Shown here piece after piece: positions 62,866-64,000 of a stretch of 64,000 nucleotides of DNA. Both the position numbers and the translations under genes were made by a program. Position 1 is the stretch's first letter; each line of letters starts with the position of its first letter. Origin of the DNA: Squalus acanthias (taxonomy: Eukaryota); the NCBI GenBank assembly GCA_030390025.1, contig CM059430.1:74028001-74092000 (forward strand), written 5' to 3'. The notes under the pieces are model-generated. The model was not told where the DNA came from and did no database searches. It saw only the letters and a program-made list of their open reading frames with translations.

Positions 62866-63300
62866 TTCTGACATTTAAAAATTGTTACGGACAGCAAAAC
62901 ATAGGTTGGGTCTTCACATTGCGTAAGGTTAAACCTGAAATAAAGATGGACAACCGTTTCAACATTTACATATTTTTAAACTTTCTTAAAAATTATATTT
63001 GTTATCATAATGGGGAAATTTGTCACTCCACAAAATTAAGATTAGTTTTTCAGGGTCTTAATATTTGTTGAGGTATCAGTACACTGTAAAACCCCAGTTA
63101 CACCTAATCCTACAAGACCTAAGTTTTATTGGGATATGTAACAGTGATATTACCGTGGAAATGCGCAAGTTTTCGTCAGTTTCACTGATATCACTGATTA
63201 AATTGATTGGCGGCTTTAGCGGTATAGCGCAGCCAGTGTCACAGCAGTGAATGACTGACCGCAATGTCAGGATTTCCATTTAGATGCGCAGTCAGTTTCA
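62866..63300. mobile_element. Subfamily A TIR element fragment (paralog of about 13625-14060)
   Basis: Colinear shared sequence, e.g. TTTAAAAATTGTTACGGA.AGCAAAACAT and AAAACCCCA.TTACACCTAATCC. Confidence 0.8.
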
Positions 63301-63309
63301 AAAGACGAT

Positions 63310-64000
63310 GGGCCAAAAATTCGGCCCTTCCGGGGTGAGGACGCGCTCTGCACCCACCCGTATTGCTTCCCCAAGTGCTGGTTTCCTGCATGCACTGCGC
63401 GTGCGCGGGAAACCGGATCTTCCGGTATGGTGAAGGGGGGCGGTTCCGAGGTGAACTGCGTGCGCGATAGAGGCTGCGCACAAGCAGCAAACCTAGATTT
63501 TTTTTCAGGTATCTAAGCGAGGGTAAGTATTGAAGAAACTACGCTATTAAAAAGGAGGCACAAGACCCGTTTTCAACAAGGTAAGTGGTTAATTAACTAT
63601 CATTTTTAATTTTTTTCAACGGGTTTATCTTTTTTAGATACTTTAAAGAAGGGTAAGTTTATTTTTAACACTTTTAAAAAGTATTTTAATTTTTTCAAAT
63701 ATTTTAATTTTTGTTTAAAGTTGTTAATTTATTTAACTATAGTTATTTTATAAATGTGATGAGTTTCTTTTAATTTATTTTAAGTTTAGCTGTTCTTTTG
63801 GGGCCGATTTCAATTCACACATTTGACAGGTCTCCTGTCAAATCTATGAATGAAAGATGTTCTGCTTCCATTGGCTCTCCATGGCCCACATTATCCCAGG
63901 GGACGCATCGGACTAACTACGCCCCTGGGACAGGCCAGCACTGCGCGCGGGCAGTTGGGAGAGGCCCAGGAGCTGAAGTTCCCGTGGGCCCAAAACACAA
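63310..64000. mobile_element. Harbinger-like TIR element, cut by the window end
   Basis: Starts GGGCCAAAAATTCGG after GAT; colinear with 19787-20546 and 58796-59557. Confidence 0.85.

Noticed and set aside
19787-64000. Short ORFs within the TIR elements and antisense to LINEs; CRISPR-like or rRNA features
   Set aside because: ORFs are not conserved in frame between copies; no repeat-spacer array or rRNA similarity is present.

Overview
Repeat-rich vertebrate genomic DNA, very probably from a cartilaginous fish (shark or ray), judged by an HE1-type V-SINE and abundant CR1/HER1-like LINEs. One host gene is well supported on the minus strand (39907 to at least 34628): a germline-joined, non-rearranging Ig-superfamily receptor with leader, VJ-type V domain, C1-set domain, TM and cytoplasmic exons, all with compatible splice phases. 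Its terminal exon was not found. A probable decayed V exon lies about 6 kb upstream on the opposite strand, split by a DNA transposon. The remainder is mobile DNA: a Gypsy-type LTR element with an in-frame UGA-CUAG gag-pol junction; many CR1 and L2 LINE fragments; two Penelope-like remnants, each with a minimal hammerhead ribozyme; a 1.6-kb solo LTR with foamy-virus-like organisation; about 14 PIF/Harbinger-like non-autonomous elements carrying tandem hairpins, promoter motifs and splice signals; and a candidate fossil Harbinger transposase. All calls come from reading the sequence by eye; no searches were run and repeat boundaries are approximate.
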